Shown here piece by piece: positions 16,109 to 23,652 of a stretch of 23,652 nt of DNA. This DNA comes from Planctomycetota bacterium (GTDB taxonomy: Bacteria > Planctomycetota > GCA-002687715 > DRQF01). Within the stretch, counting starts at the first letter, position 1; each line of letters begins with the position of its first letter. The position numbers and the translations under genes are program-made. The stretch is from contig JALTLO010000041.1 in the NCBI GenBank assembly GCA_027001995.1, positions 1-23,652 on the forward strand, read 5' to 3'. The notes under the pieces are model-generated. The model was not told the DNA's origin. It made no database searches and saw only the letters and a program-made list of their open reading frames with translations.

Positions 16109-18736
16109 ATGGATACGACTCACCCCAGAAGGCAAATCAGCCTGATCCGGAAAAGATGGCGCTCGCTACTGCTGAGGGCATTCTTCCTGGCACTCTTTAT
16201 TACGTCCGCCTATGTCGCCTCGCCTACAATCCAACGTGGATTGACAGCAACAACTGACACACCTTGCGAGATCTGGATGCTCATCATTGTGTCGACCTTC
16301 CTCGCCTCACTCCTGCTCCCACCCGACCGGGAATACTGGACCAATCGATATCCATTCTGCTGGCCGCCATCCTGGACGGTGCCGATTCTTGCCATTCCCA
16401 TGTCAATTCTCTTCGGAATGATCCTGACCGGTACAGCGACAAGTTGGTTTCCAAAAAATAACATCCTGTTTCGTAGCAGCTCTGCTCTCATATTTCTTTT
16501 CTTTGGCTCAGCCATCTATTGGGCGAACTACGGTGGGGCCGAACTGCGTTTGGGAATTTCGAGATGGGTCACCCCCGGAATCATGACATCAGCGATCAAT
16601 AAATCTGATGTCACCCAGTTGGATGGCCAAGATTTCCTAAATTGGATAGAAAATGAAGATCCAATCAGCGACGAACGCTTCGATTTCTTCCAAAGCGCTC
16701 AAGTCGCGGATGAGGTCTTCGACTCCCTCAAATTAAGCGAAATCGACAATGGCGGGCTACGGTCAATTGTTCTATTGGGTGAAGTAGGTAGCGGCAAGAG
16801 CAGTGTAGGACGCCTCGTCGCAACGAAACTTCGTTCCGCATATGCATCCAAAGTGAACTTCAGAAGCGTCGGATTATGGTCATACTCTGATGGCCCGTCC
16901 GCCGCAGCAGGGATTCTCACCGAGGTGACGAGCTGCATCAACAGAGAAATTGACATGCTTTCGCTTCAAGGACTTTCGAGAGAGTATGCGAAGGCCATTG
17001 ATCTCGCAGGAACAACAGGCACGCTCCTCAACATTGCCCTGCAGAGGCAACGAACTCCCCAGGAAATCGTCCAGGTTATTGACGACATCCTTGCAGCAAT
17101 TGGCAAGCATCTTGTTGTTTGGGTCGATGATATGGAACGTTTTCAAAGCATAGATACTGCCACCAACGAGATTGGCCCAGTGCTGGCGCTCTTAGAATCA
17201 TTGCACAGTGCAAAGAATCTCACGGTCATAATCGCAACCGTAGCTGAGTGCAAGGCGCTCGACTACACCAGAATGGCATCACATCTGATCCTGATGCCAG
17301 AGAATTCGCCAACTAAGTTCTGGAAGATCATCGAGAAATTCATCACTGAGACATTTGAACAAAGCCCGCTGCTCCGCTGTGCCGATCCTAATTCCAACAT
17401 CCCCCGTGAATTCTGGATGTTGGGGGACATTCAGACTTTCATGCCGGGTGAGCAGGTAGACAATTCCCATCGCAGAACCGGGATGGCACGCAACGCGGCA
17501 TTTCAGGATATCATCCGGACGCCTCGCCTCATCAAGGCAGCACTCAGGTGGACCCTCAAACACTGGGGGCGGTTGGCAGGCGAATTCGATTTCAATGACT
17601 TATTGATGTTGGGTGCGATCCGCGCACGTATCCCAAGAGCAATTCAGTGGTGCGGCGAAAATCGAAGTGCCCTGCGCGACCAGGCACAGAAGATAAAGGT
17701 CAGCGACGGGACTCTCCGTTTGCCGCAGGACGAAAGCTCATTTGAGGCGAAGTTACCAGACCTACAAACAAATTCGCTGAGAATTTTACTCCAAGGGCTA
17801 TTTGGTCGGACTTACACAAGCACTCAAGGGGTAGCGAACCAATCGGTCGATTATTGGCCGCGGCTTCAGGCTGGCCGCGGCCGGGAGCACGCCCACTCAG
17901 ACCAAGAAATACTCCAAGCAATCAACGAGGCCAGCGACGGCGATTCAACGGCCTTGCTCAGAATGATGCATATCAAGTCATTGCGTCCGTTAGTCGTAAA
18001 CCTCGGAATGACTGCGGACACAGGGACTCTCCTTGCAATCCTCAAGAAAACGACCTCGAATTCTATTGGCGTCATGAATACGACGAAACCACTGCAAGAA
18101 AAATGGGAACCAGTACTCAGCATTGTGGCCGAACTTGTCGTTCAACAAATTGACGATATTAGAAAAACCTCAATCATCACAGATGCCCTAGTCGAAGTCG
18201 GGAAACAGTGCGCTGAGAATTCGATCGCCATGTCAGCTGCTTTCATTACCATCTTGACTTTTCACAGGGAGGAGCACCTAAGAAGAAAGAATTGGGACCC
18301 AACGGACACGTTTGGCGACTCATTCCTCGAACACTTGGTCAACGGCAATAGCGACGATGTCACCAGATCTCTTCAATCAGAATCCCCCTATTCGCTTAGA
18401 GAGGTCATGCATGGCATAGGTCTTTTGAGAATGGCCGAAAGCGGCAACCCTCCGCAGATTGGCGACAATACTAGTTGGAAAAATGTATCAGATCGACTCT
18501 TACAACTTGCAGCAGAGGATCAGTCATTTAGCGTAGTCAAACAGCTATTGCCGTTAACGACGGAACTCTCACACCCGCGATTGGGTGGGCATCCAATTCT
18601 CCGAAACAATCTCAGCGAATACTTCGACGAGCCTACCTTGCAGACCATCATCCGCAGAACGATTGCTCCACAAGAACTCCGAGACGATACCCTCGCTATG
18701 TGGAATCCTCTTCAAGAGTGGGCATCAGAGAAATGA
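16109..18736 (+). CDS. KAP-family P-loop NTPase with about four N-terminal transmembrane segments
   Basis: DPI....D.F motif, Walker A SIVLLGEVGSGKSS, GLWSY, Walker B VVWVDDMER, and TPRLIK. Four hydrophobic stretches in the first ~140 aa. Confidence 0.82.
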   Translation: MDTTHPRRQISLIRKRWRSLLLRAFFLALFITSAYVASPTIQRGLTATTDTPCEIWMLIIVSTFLASLLLPPDREYWTNRYPFCWPPSWTVPILAIPMSILFGMILTGTATSWFPKNNILFRSSSALIFLFFGSAIYWANYGGAELRLGISRWVTPGIMTSAINKSDVTQLDGQDFLNWIENEDPISDERFDFFQSAQVADEVFDSLKLSEIDNGGLRSIVLLGEVGSGKSSVGRLVATKLRSAYASKVNFRSVGLWSYSDGPSAAAGILTEVTSCINREIDMLSLQGLSREYAKAIDLAGTTGTLLNIALQRQRTPQEIVQVIDDILAAIGKHLVVWVDDMERFQSIDTATNEIGPVLALLESLHSAKNLTVIIATVAECKALDYTRMASHLILMPENSPTKFWKIIEKFITETFEQSPLLRCADPNSNIPREFWMLGDIQTFMPGEQVDNSHRRTGMARNAAFQDIIRTPRLIKAALRWTLKHWGRLAGEFDFNDLLMLGAIRARIPRAIQWCGENRSALRDQAQKIKVSDGTLRLPQDESSFEAKLPDLQTNSLRILLQGLFGRTYTSTQGVANQSVDYWPRLQAGRGREHAHSDQEILQAINEASDGDSTALLRMMHIKSLRPLVVNLGMTADTGTLLAILKKTTSNSIGVMNTTKPLQEKWEPVLSIVAELVVQQIDDIRKTSIITDALVEVGKQCAENSIAMSAAFITILTFHREEHLRRKNWDPTDTFGDSFLEHLVNGNSDDVTRSLQSESPYSLREVMHGIGLLRMAESGNPPQIGDNTSWKNVSDRLLQLAAEDQSFSVVKQLLPLTTELSHPRLGGHPILRNNLSEYFDEPTLQTIIRRTIAPQELRDDTLAMWNPLQEWASEK

Positions 18737-18821
18737 ACAGGCTATCGTGAGATTGGTATCAATTCAGCCCGGCGGCAAATTCGCAGATTTCCATGAGTCA
18801 GATTGACCGCAAGGACTTGCT

Positions 18822-20615
18822 TTACTCACCACCGATCCACCTGAAAAGACGGCGAAATCCTTCGGCATCATGACAGTTTTCGTCAAATCCTTCTGCTCTA
18901 GCCTTCGTTAGGAATTGCGGGACTATGTTGGGTCCGTGACCGGAAACGCCCAAGTGACGCTCGATGTCGCCTTTCGGCCAGACCCAAATCCCGCACTCTA
19001 AGACTTGAGAACACAGAGTTCGTATAGCCATTGCGCCATCCGCATCCTCCCCAAGAAGTGCAAACGCGTCTCGAGGATTGATATTCGATTCCTCGCTTTT
19101 CATCGGTAGCCCGTTGCCCTCAGCGAGTGCAAATCCGTGCTCTTCACTCAGTTCTACGAGTCGCGCCAAACACGATTGAAACTCAGTTGAATTTTCGGCG
19201 ACAAGATTCGCGCGAAGGGCTTGGCGGAATAGAAAATCTAGATCCACTATCGCTCGCGCCTTTATTCCCATGGCCGTGAGAATCTCGAGAGACTTCTTGA
19301 TGCTTCCAACTCCGCCAACAGAAATCAGAGCGATCTTATCCGCATCCATCTTACGCCCAGTGACTATGTGATACAGATCTGGAAGAAGTCTCAACTCCGT
19401 CTTGCCTTCAGTGATAACTACATACTCAGAAAATAAGATTAGGCTCGAACGGGTTAAATCAAACATCAAGTCAACCTGGTGATCGGCCTCACTAGAAAGC
19501 CTCTCGATTTCTTCATCGAGCCTTGGCTTCGCAATTGTACCCAGTTCAAGGTCTTTGTGAATAACGAGCGTCCTCTTCATATCGTCAGACGTCAACATCT
19601 GTGGTGCGTGTGTCGAAAACACTACTTGATATTCACCAAGTGAAAGTGCCCGGAGAGCCTCCCGAACTTGGACAACAGCTTGAGGATGAAGATACAGTTC
19701 TGGCTCATCGATCAGAAGTAACTTTCGTGAGCAATCGGTTGCCGCCTGATTCTCACGACCCCGGGAAATCTGCCGAATGAGCGACATTTGAATCGAGCGC
19801 TGTGCACCATGCCCAAGGCTACCAACATCGCCCCAATCATTACGATGTTCTTCTCTCACTTTGAGCGTGGCACCTTTCACAAAATCTTTGAATTCCGGAA
19901 CAGGAATATGCGCGGCGATTTCGAGACCCGGGTAGAAGTCACTGAGTCCACTTGTTGCGGCCTCATCGAACTCTACGAGTTCCGTTGCTCGAGACTGACC
20001 TCCAACTTCAAAAATATCACGGGCACCATCCAATCCTTGGCTAATCGCCGCACTGTGATTTGCCTCCAACTCTCCAACGATCTGCGATAGAAGTTTCCCA
20101 ATAGTCGTCGAAGTCTTGAACTTCGTGACGTCCTCATTCGCGTCTTGCATGGCTTCGATGCGAACGATTTCCGGAAACAAGGCCGACAAGGCTTGAGGGA
20201 TACCAGCTGGGTTGATCCTCCAAGCATCATCATCATCGTCACTCTCAATTTGTGGATCTCGAACAAGGAGTCTCACCTGCGCCTTCGAAATATTTGGCCG
20301 ATCTTGAATTCGTCGTAGTTGAATTGTGCCATTAGCAAGCAGTGGCTCAACTCGGGCACGATGGGCGACCAAAAGGCCTAAGAGTATTGCCTCGTCGATA
20401 CCTGAAATCACAAGTTCAACGCTAACTGCGGTCGAGGTGTCACAAAAGTCGGAGTCCCCGAGAGACGTGTGCTTAACACCCCAGCATAAGGCGGCGATGA
20501 TGTTTGATTTGCCGACATTGTTCTGTCCGACAAGAGGCGTCATATCGTCCAAAACAAATTCCGCACATGAAATTGACCTGAAATTCTTGACACGTATTTG
20601 CTCAATACGATGCAT
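18822..20615 (-). CDS. old: OLD-family ATP-dependent nuclease (ABC ATPase + TOPRIM), phage P2 Old-like
   Basis: KNFRS, LVGQNNVGKSNI, GHGAQRSIQM, IDEPELYLHP, STH, TOPRIM EGKTE and DLD, plus NPAGI...LFPE, TTIGKLL and W..GDIE as recalled from P2 Old. ATG 20615 has a GGGAGAGG RBS. Confidence 0.88.
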   Translation of the reverse strand: MHRIEQIRVKNFRSISCAEFVLDDMTPLVGQNNVGKSNIIAALCWGVKHTSLGDSDFCDTSTAVSVELVISGIDEAILLGLLVAHRARVEPLLANGTIQLRRIQDRPNISKAQVRLLVRDPQIESDDDDDAWRINPAGIPQALSALFPEIVRIEAMQDANEDVTKFKTSTTIGKLLSQIVGELEANHSAAISQGLDGARDIFEVGGQSRATELVEFDEAATSGLSDFYPGLEIAAHIPVPEFKDFVKGATLKVREEHRNDWGDVGSLGHGAQRSIQMSLIRQISRGRENQAATDCSRKLLLIDEPELYLHPQAVVQVREALRALSLGEYQVVFSTHAPQMLTSDDMKRTLVIHKDLELGTIAKPRLDEEIERLSSEADHQVDLMFDLTRSSLILFSEYVVITEGKTELRLLPDLYHIVTGRKMDADKIALISVGGVGSIKKSLEILTAMGIKARAIVDLDFLFRQALRANLVAENSTEFQSCLARLVELSEEHGFALAEGNGLPMKSEESNINPRDAFALLGEDADGAMAIRTLCSQVLECGIWVWPKGDIERHLGVSGHGPNIVPQFLTKARAEGFDENCHDAEGFRRLFRWIGGE

Positions 20616-20653
20616 CGCCCTCTCCCATTCTTGCTGTTGATCCTGATGCGTGA

Positions 20654-20682
20654 AGGATCTCAAACGGCACTCGCTTTGTCAA
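20654..20682 (-). promoter_or_regulatory. Possible promoter of old
   Basis: Minus strand reads TTGACA-17 nt-GATCCT (perfect -35, weak -10 preceded by TG-N), about 40 nt upstream of the start. Confidence 0.3.
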
Positions 20683-20908
20683 TAGTACTGACTTGCACTC
20701 AGCGATTCCGCATCTGGACTCGTTCGTCAGCCATTTTGGGATATGTGGATGATCTTTTGAGTCGGAATGGTGACCAAGGATTGCCGCAAGCACTTGTTTC
20801 ACGGCTTAGATCGACACATTGGTAGGCCAGAATGAGCTCGGTCGGCAGTGGTGCTATTTCCGAGCACGAAGCGCTCGGATTCTTCTTGGTTCGATCAATG
20901 CGGCGGTG

Positions 20909-22129
20909 CTATGAAGTGTCGCTGACGACAATGGCTTCGGCATCAATGCCAGCCATGATGAGATTAAGTATGCGACGTACCGTTGTCTTCTTGCGGTAGG
21001 CCTCTTTCAAGTTTCTGCTATAGAAGATCTGAAAGATGTTGGCTGCCAAAATGGTAAGCAATGAGAAGTTTTCGAAAGCATTGTCTTCATGGCGGTAAAC
21101 ATGATCGGCGTGCCAGTTGGTGACGAGGTTATTGAAACCTTCGTTTTCAATCGTCCATCGCTTACGCGCGATGTCGACGAATCGAAAGACGTCGATATCG
21201 TCGATAGAAAGGGATGAAGCCCAAAACCATTTCTTGCCTACGACTTCTTCTATTTCTCCAGTGAGCTGGCGCTTGACCTTCTTTGTGTCCCTGCACGATA
21301 CTACGCAAATTTTGATTTCGTCATCCCACCAGCTCGGACAATCGGAGACCTCACGGATTTCTTGAGACGTCGACTTCTTCTTGCGAATGGCTGGGGCCTG
21401 ATGCTCCATTAGTTTGGTGGCTTCATCTAAGAGCGTTTTGCAATTGCCCTTGAGGACAGTGATGATTTGCTTGCCGTTGGCAAGCACCGCTTTCCAAATG
21501 CTCTGGCAGCTATAAAGCGCATCGCCCATGACGATATCGTATGAGCGAGAGTATGCCCTGTGCACTCGTTCATACAGCGCAAGCGCTGCGGTGATCTCTC
21601 CGTCGCTGTCTCTTTGTGGTTCAATGTCCACCATGTAGGTGAAGTCTCTGCCCACGAGATGGGCTGCTACATGGCGATGATAGTATTGAGTACGCGTTCC
21701 TGAGCGGGTGTCAATTTCACGTTCCAAGCAGCCATCACAGCACCGAAAACAGCTTGTATGACTTTCGTGCCCATCTATTACCAACGCCACATGACCGGCA
21801 GACATGGGCGAGAATCCCTTGTTGCGCTTGAGTTTTCGAAAGACCTGACTCAAGACGACTCGGATTTCGTCACCGTCGACGGAAGACATAACTCTACCAA
21901 TGGTATCGGCACTTGGCGGTTGCCCTCCAAGCCAACGCCGAGCTGATTGGCTTAGTTGTGTTTGTTCAAAGGCATGAAGGCTCCCTAAGCGCGTTTGCAG
22001 TGTCAAGAACGCGCTGCCAACGACACGGCCGATGGAGAAAGTGGGAGCCTTGCGGTTGTCCGTAAAGGACTCGAATTGGCCGCGCAGTTTCCAGAGTTTC
22101 TCTACTGATGTAAGAAGCCGACGGAGAAT
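20909..22129 (-). CDS. DDE transposase (IS4-superfamily fold; ISAs1/ISNCY-like)
   Basis: PSADT, VIDG, C..C, YYH, GEI.AA, GDALY, LKGN and RW.IENEGFN motifs. The frame stays open upstream of the track's TTG (22006) through ILRRLL...D.R..P, suggesting an ATT start at 22129. Confidence 0.88.
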   Translation of the reverse strand: MLRRLLTSVEKLWKLRGQFESFTDNRKAPTFSIGRVVGSAFLTLQTRLGSLHAFEQTQLSQSARRWLGGQPPSADTIGRVMSSVDGDEIRVVLSQVFRKLKRNKGFSPMSAGHVALVIDGHESHTSCFRCCDGCLEREIDTRSGTRTQYYHRHVAAHLVGRDFTYMVDIEPQRDSDGEITAALALYERVHRAYSRSYDIVMGDALYSCQSIWKAVLANGKQIITVLKGNCKTLLDEATKLMEHQAPAIRKKKSTSQEIREVSDCPSWWDDEIKICVVSCRDTKKVKRQLTGEIEEVVGKKWFWASSLSIDDIDVFRFVDIARKRWTIENEGFNNLVTNWHADHVYRHEDNAFENFSLLTILAANIFQIFYSRNLKEAYRKKTTVRRILNLIMAGIDAEAIVVSDTS

Positions 22130-22143
22130 GGGTTGACCTTCGG

Positions 22144-22464
22144 TTAGCGCGCCTTGACGCGGTCGAGGTAAAGCAATCCAATCTCGTCAAGAAGTTGACG
22201 AAGCTCTTGGTAGTTATCGACCCAAGCCAGGACTTCCTCTCGTTTGGCCTTCTGTACATGAAACTGTTGAGAGCGGCCATCGACGCTGACTTGAATCGCA
22301 AGCGATTCATGGCGCTCGTCTTTGACCCAGCATTTGCAGCCCTTGTTGCCACATCGGTTACGACGAATGAGAGGTGAGCCGCGCAGGAGCCCTGCTCCAG
22401 AAACAAGTTGGTTAATACGCGAGCGAAGCTTGCGTTCTTTGGCGGACATTGATGCCCGAGGCAT
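22144..22464 (-). CDS. DUF6788-like small basic IS accessory protein
   Basis: LLRGS....RCGNKGCKC.....H motif. Lies inside the TIRs, upstream of the transposase. ATG 22464 has AAAGG upstream; alternative start 22488. Confidence 0.78.
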   Translation of the reverse strand: MPRASMSAKERKLRSRINQLVSGAGLLRGSPLIRRNRCGNKGCKCWVKDERHESLAIQVSVDGRSQQFHVQKAKREEVLAWVDNYQELRQLLDEIGLLYLDRVKAR

Positions 22465-22680
22465 TGAGCCTTTGTTATTAGCATTCATATATACTTTATT
22501 GCAGTATTCGTATGGAAAGTCTAGATTAAAATGAATGCGAATTTGCTTTTTGTTCACTGGCATCAAGAAGATGCCCAGAACGGGCTCAAACAGCCGTTTC
22601 TGAGGCGATCAGCTCTCAAGTTTTTTTTGATACGGAATCGCTGACTTGCACTTGGGATAAGCGAAAAGATGAAACCCGAT

Positions 22681-23652
22681 TTACCCATCGAGCGACAAGG
22701 TCGCCCAGATGTCAGAATAGTCTTGTTCGCGGGAGTGGGAGAGCCAGGGAGTTGGGTATTGGCGGGACTTGGAGGGGTAGAGGCCGGGGTCGGTGTAGGT
22801 TAGGGCGTAGATTGGGGTGGCGTTGGGGAGTTTGGTTTGGGTGAAGAGAGAGCGGACGGTGGTGCGGGCCTCTACGTTGAGGACGTCGGCGTCTTTTTTG
22901 TTGAGTTTGATGGACTTGTTGAGCATGGCTTCGGTTTCGGGGTCGCCGACGGGATAGGACCTGTTGAAATCGAAACCGACTTGGTCTTTTAGGAAGGTTG
23001 CAAGTTTGATTAAAGAGACGGCATGGTTGCCGGAGGCAGTGGATGCTGAGGGGACCAGGCGGCCATTGCGATCGTAGAGTCGTTCGCGCTCGTATTGTTG
23101 AAGAACAGGAAACTGGACACGATAGATGGTGAGGAGTTCTTCGAAGGTAAGGCCAAGGGCCTTGGCGGCTAAGACGTCGATCTCGATGAGGGCTTGGCGG
23201 CGGGACTCGTCGGTGCGGAGGGCTACTTCTGGGGACCACTTCTTGGGCAAGCCATCGATGGTTGGGGCTACTTCGTTCCAGAGGTCGGCGTAGTGGTTGG
23301 TTAGGCAATTCAGTTTCAAGACACGCAGGGAAAGATCATCACGAATTCGATCTTTCTTAGCGAAATCTGGAACTGGAAATTTCTCTGCAACATCTTTACG
23401 GCAATCGCTCTTCCCTGTTGACTTTACGAAGAAGTCAATGGCGATCGAAGATGTCAACCCGGAAAATAGAATTAGCTCATCGGCTGTTGCAAAGGCAATT
23501 CCAAGTGCGCCATCGATGTGGGAGGGTCCGGGAGGGATGATCGCTGGAATCAGCGTGCGCTCACCGGTTGGTGAAATTGCCCGACGATTCACATGCCGAT
23601 AGAACTCCGTGACTGGGCGGCCTTGGCCTTGGGGGGTGCGGTCGAGGTAGAG
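22681..23652 (-). CDS. C-terminal part of a type IIG/Eco57I-like (DrmMI-like) DNA methyltransferase or RM enzyme (5' end outside the window)
   Basis: Frame is open to the window edge: YLDRTP...PVTEFYR..NRR....[15 protein letters not shown]...[11 protein letters not shown]...LNCLT.HYADLW...[30 protein letters not shown] recognise this as the target-recognition and C-terminal region of MTases that accompany DUF1998 helicases. Catalytic motifs are not in view. Confidence 0.75.
   Translation of the reverse strand, partial: LYLDRTPQGQGRPVTEFYRHVNRRAISPTGERTLIPAIIPPGPSHIDGALGIAFATADELILFSGLTSSIAIDFFVKSTGKSDCRKDVAEKFPVPDFAKKDRIRDDLSLRVLKLNCLTNHYADLWNEVAPTIDGLPKKWSPEVALRTDESRRQALIEIDVLAAKALGLTFEELLTIYRVQFPVLQQYERERLYDRNGRLVPSASTASGNHAVSLIKLATFLKDQVGFDFNRSYPVGDPETEAMLNKSIKLNKKDADVLNVEARTTVRSLFTQTKLPNATPIYALTYTDPGLYPSKSRQYPTPWLSHSREQDYSDIWATLSLDG

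Larger units (their letters stand above)
20700..22643 (-). mobile_element. Insertion sequence, 1944 bp: DUF6788-like ORF plus DDE transposase
   Basis: TIRs CAGCGATTCCGCATC (20700-20714) and GATACGGAATCGCTG (22629-22643) match at 14/15. Flanking 9-bp direct repeat ACTTGCACT at 20691-20699 and 22644-22652. Confidence 0.93.

Noticed and set aside
15931..16257. 108-aa ORF upstream of the KAP NTPase
   Set aside because: Overlaps the KAP gene by ~150 nt in another frame and has no recognisable motif.
1498..20615. Gabija (OLD + UvrD)
   Set aside because: The genes are ~15 kb apart, the UvrD is coupled to the large helicase, and the OLD protein looks P2 Old-like rather than GajA-like.
22712..23308. 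198-aa Pro/Arg-rich ORF
   Set aside because: Alternate-frame artefact of the C-rich skew inside the MTase gene.

Overview
Bacterial chromosomal window of mid-range GC. Housekeeping genes at the left (5' part of asnS and a divergent proC) abut a ~22 kb defence island. The island backbone is a minus-strand DISARM/RM-like set: the 3' end of a type IIG/Eco57I-like methyltransferase at the right edge, a 2108-aa SF2 helicase-DUF1998-nuclease protein, and a translationally coupled RelE-like/UvrD helicase. About 12.7 kb of cargo separates the methyltransferase from the helicase. The cargo comprises: an McrA-like HNH nuclease; a SatD + DUF3307 pair preceded by five palindromic 18-bp sites at a 28-29 bp period; a DUF222-like/HNH/RuvB fusion with a perfect 20-bp palindrome at the HNH-RuvB junction and no RuvA-binding hairpin; decayed dGTPase-like and nucleotidyltransferase-like remnants; a membrane KAP NTPase; a P2 Old-like nuclease; and an intact 1944-bp two-gene IS with 15-bp TIRs and a 9-bp TSD. 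The best candidates for undescribed biology are the SatD/DUF3307 module with its operator array and the HNH-RuvB fusion. All family assignments come from motif recognition by eye; no searches were run.
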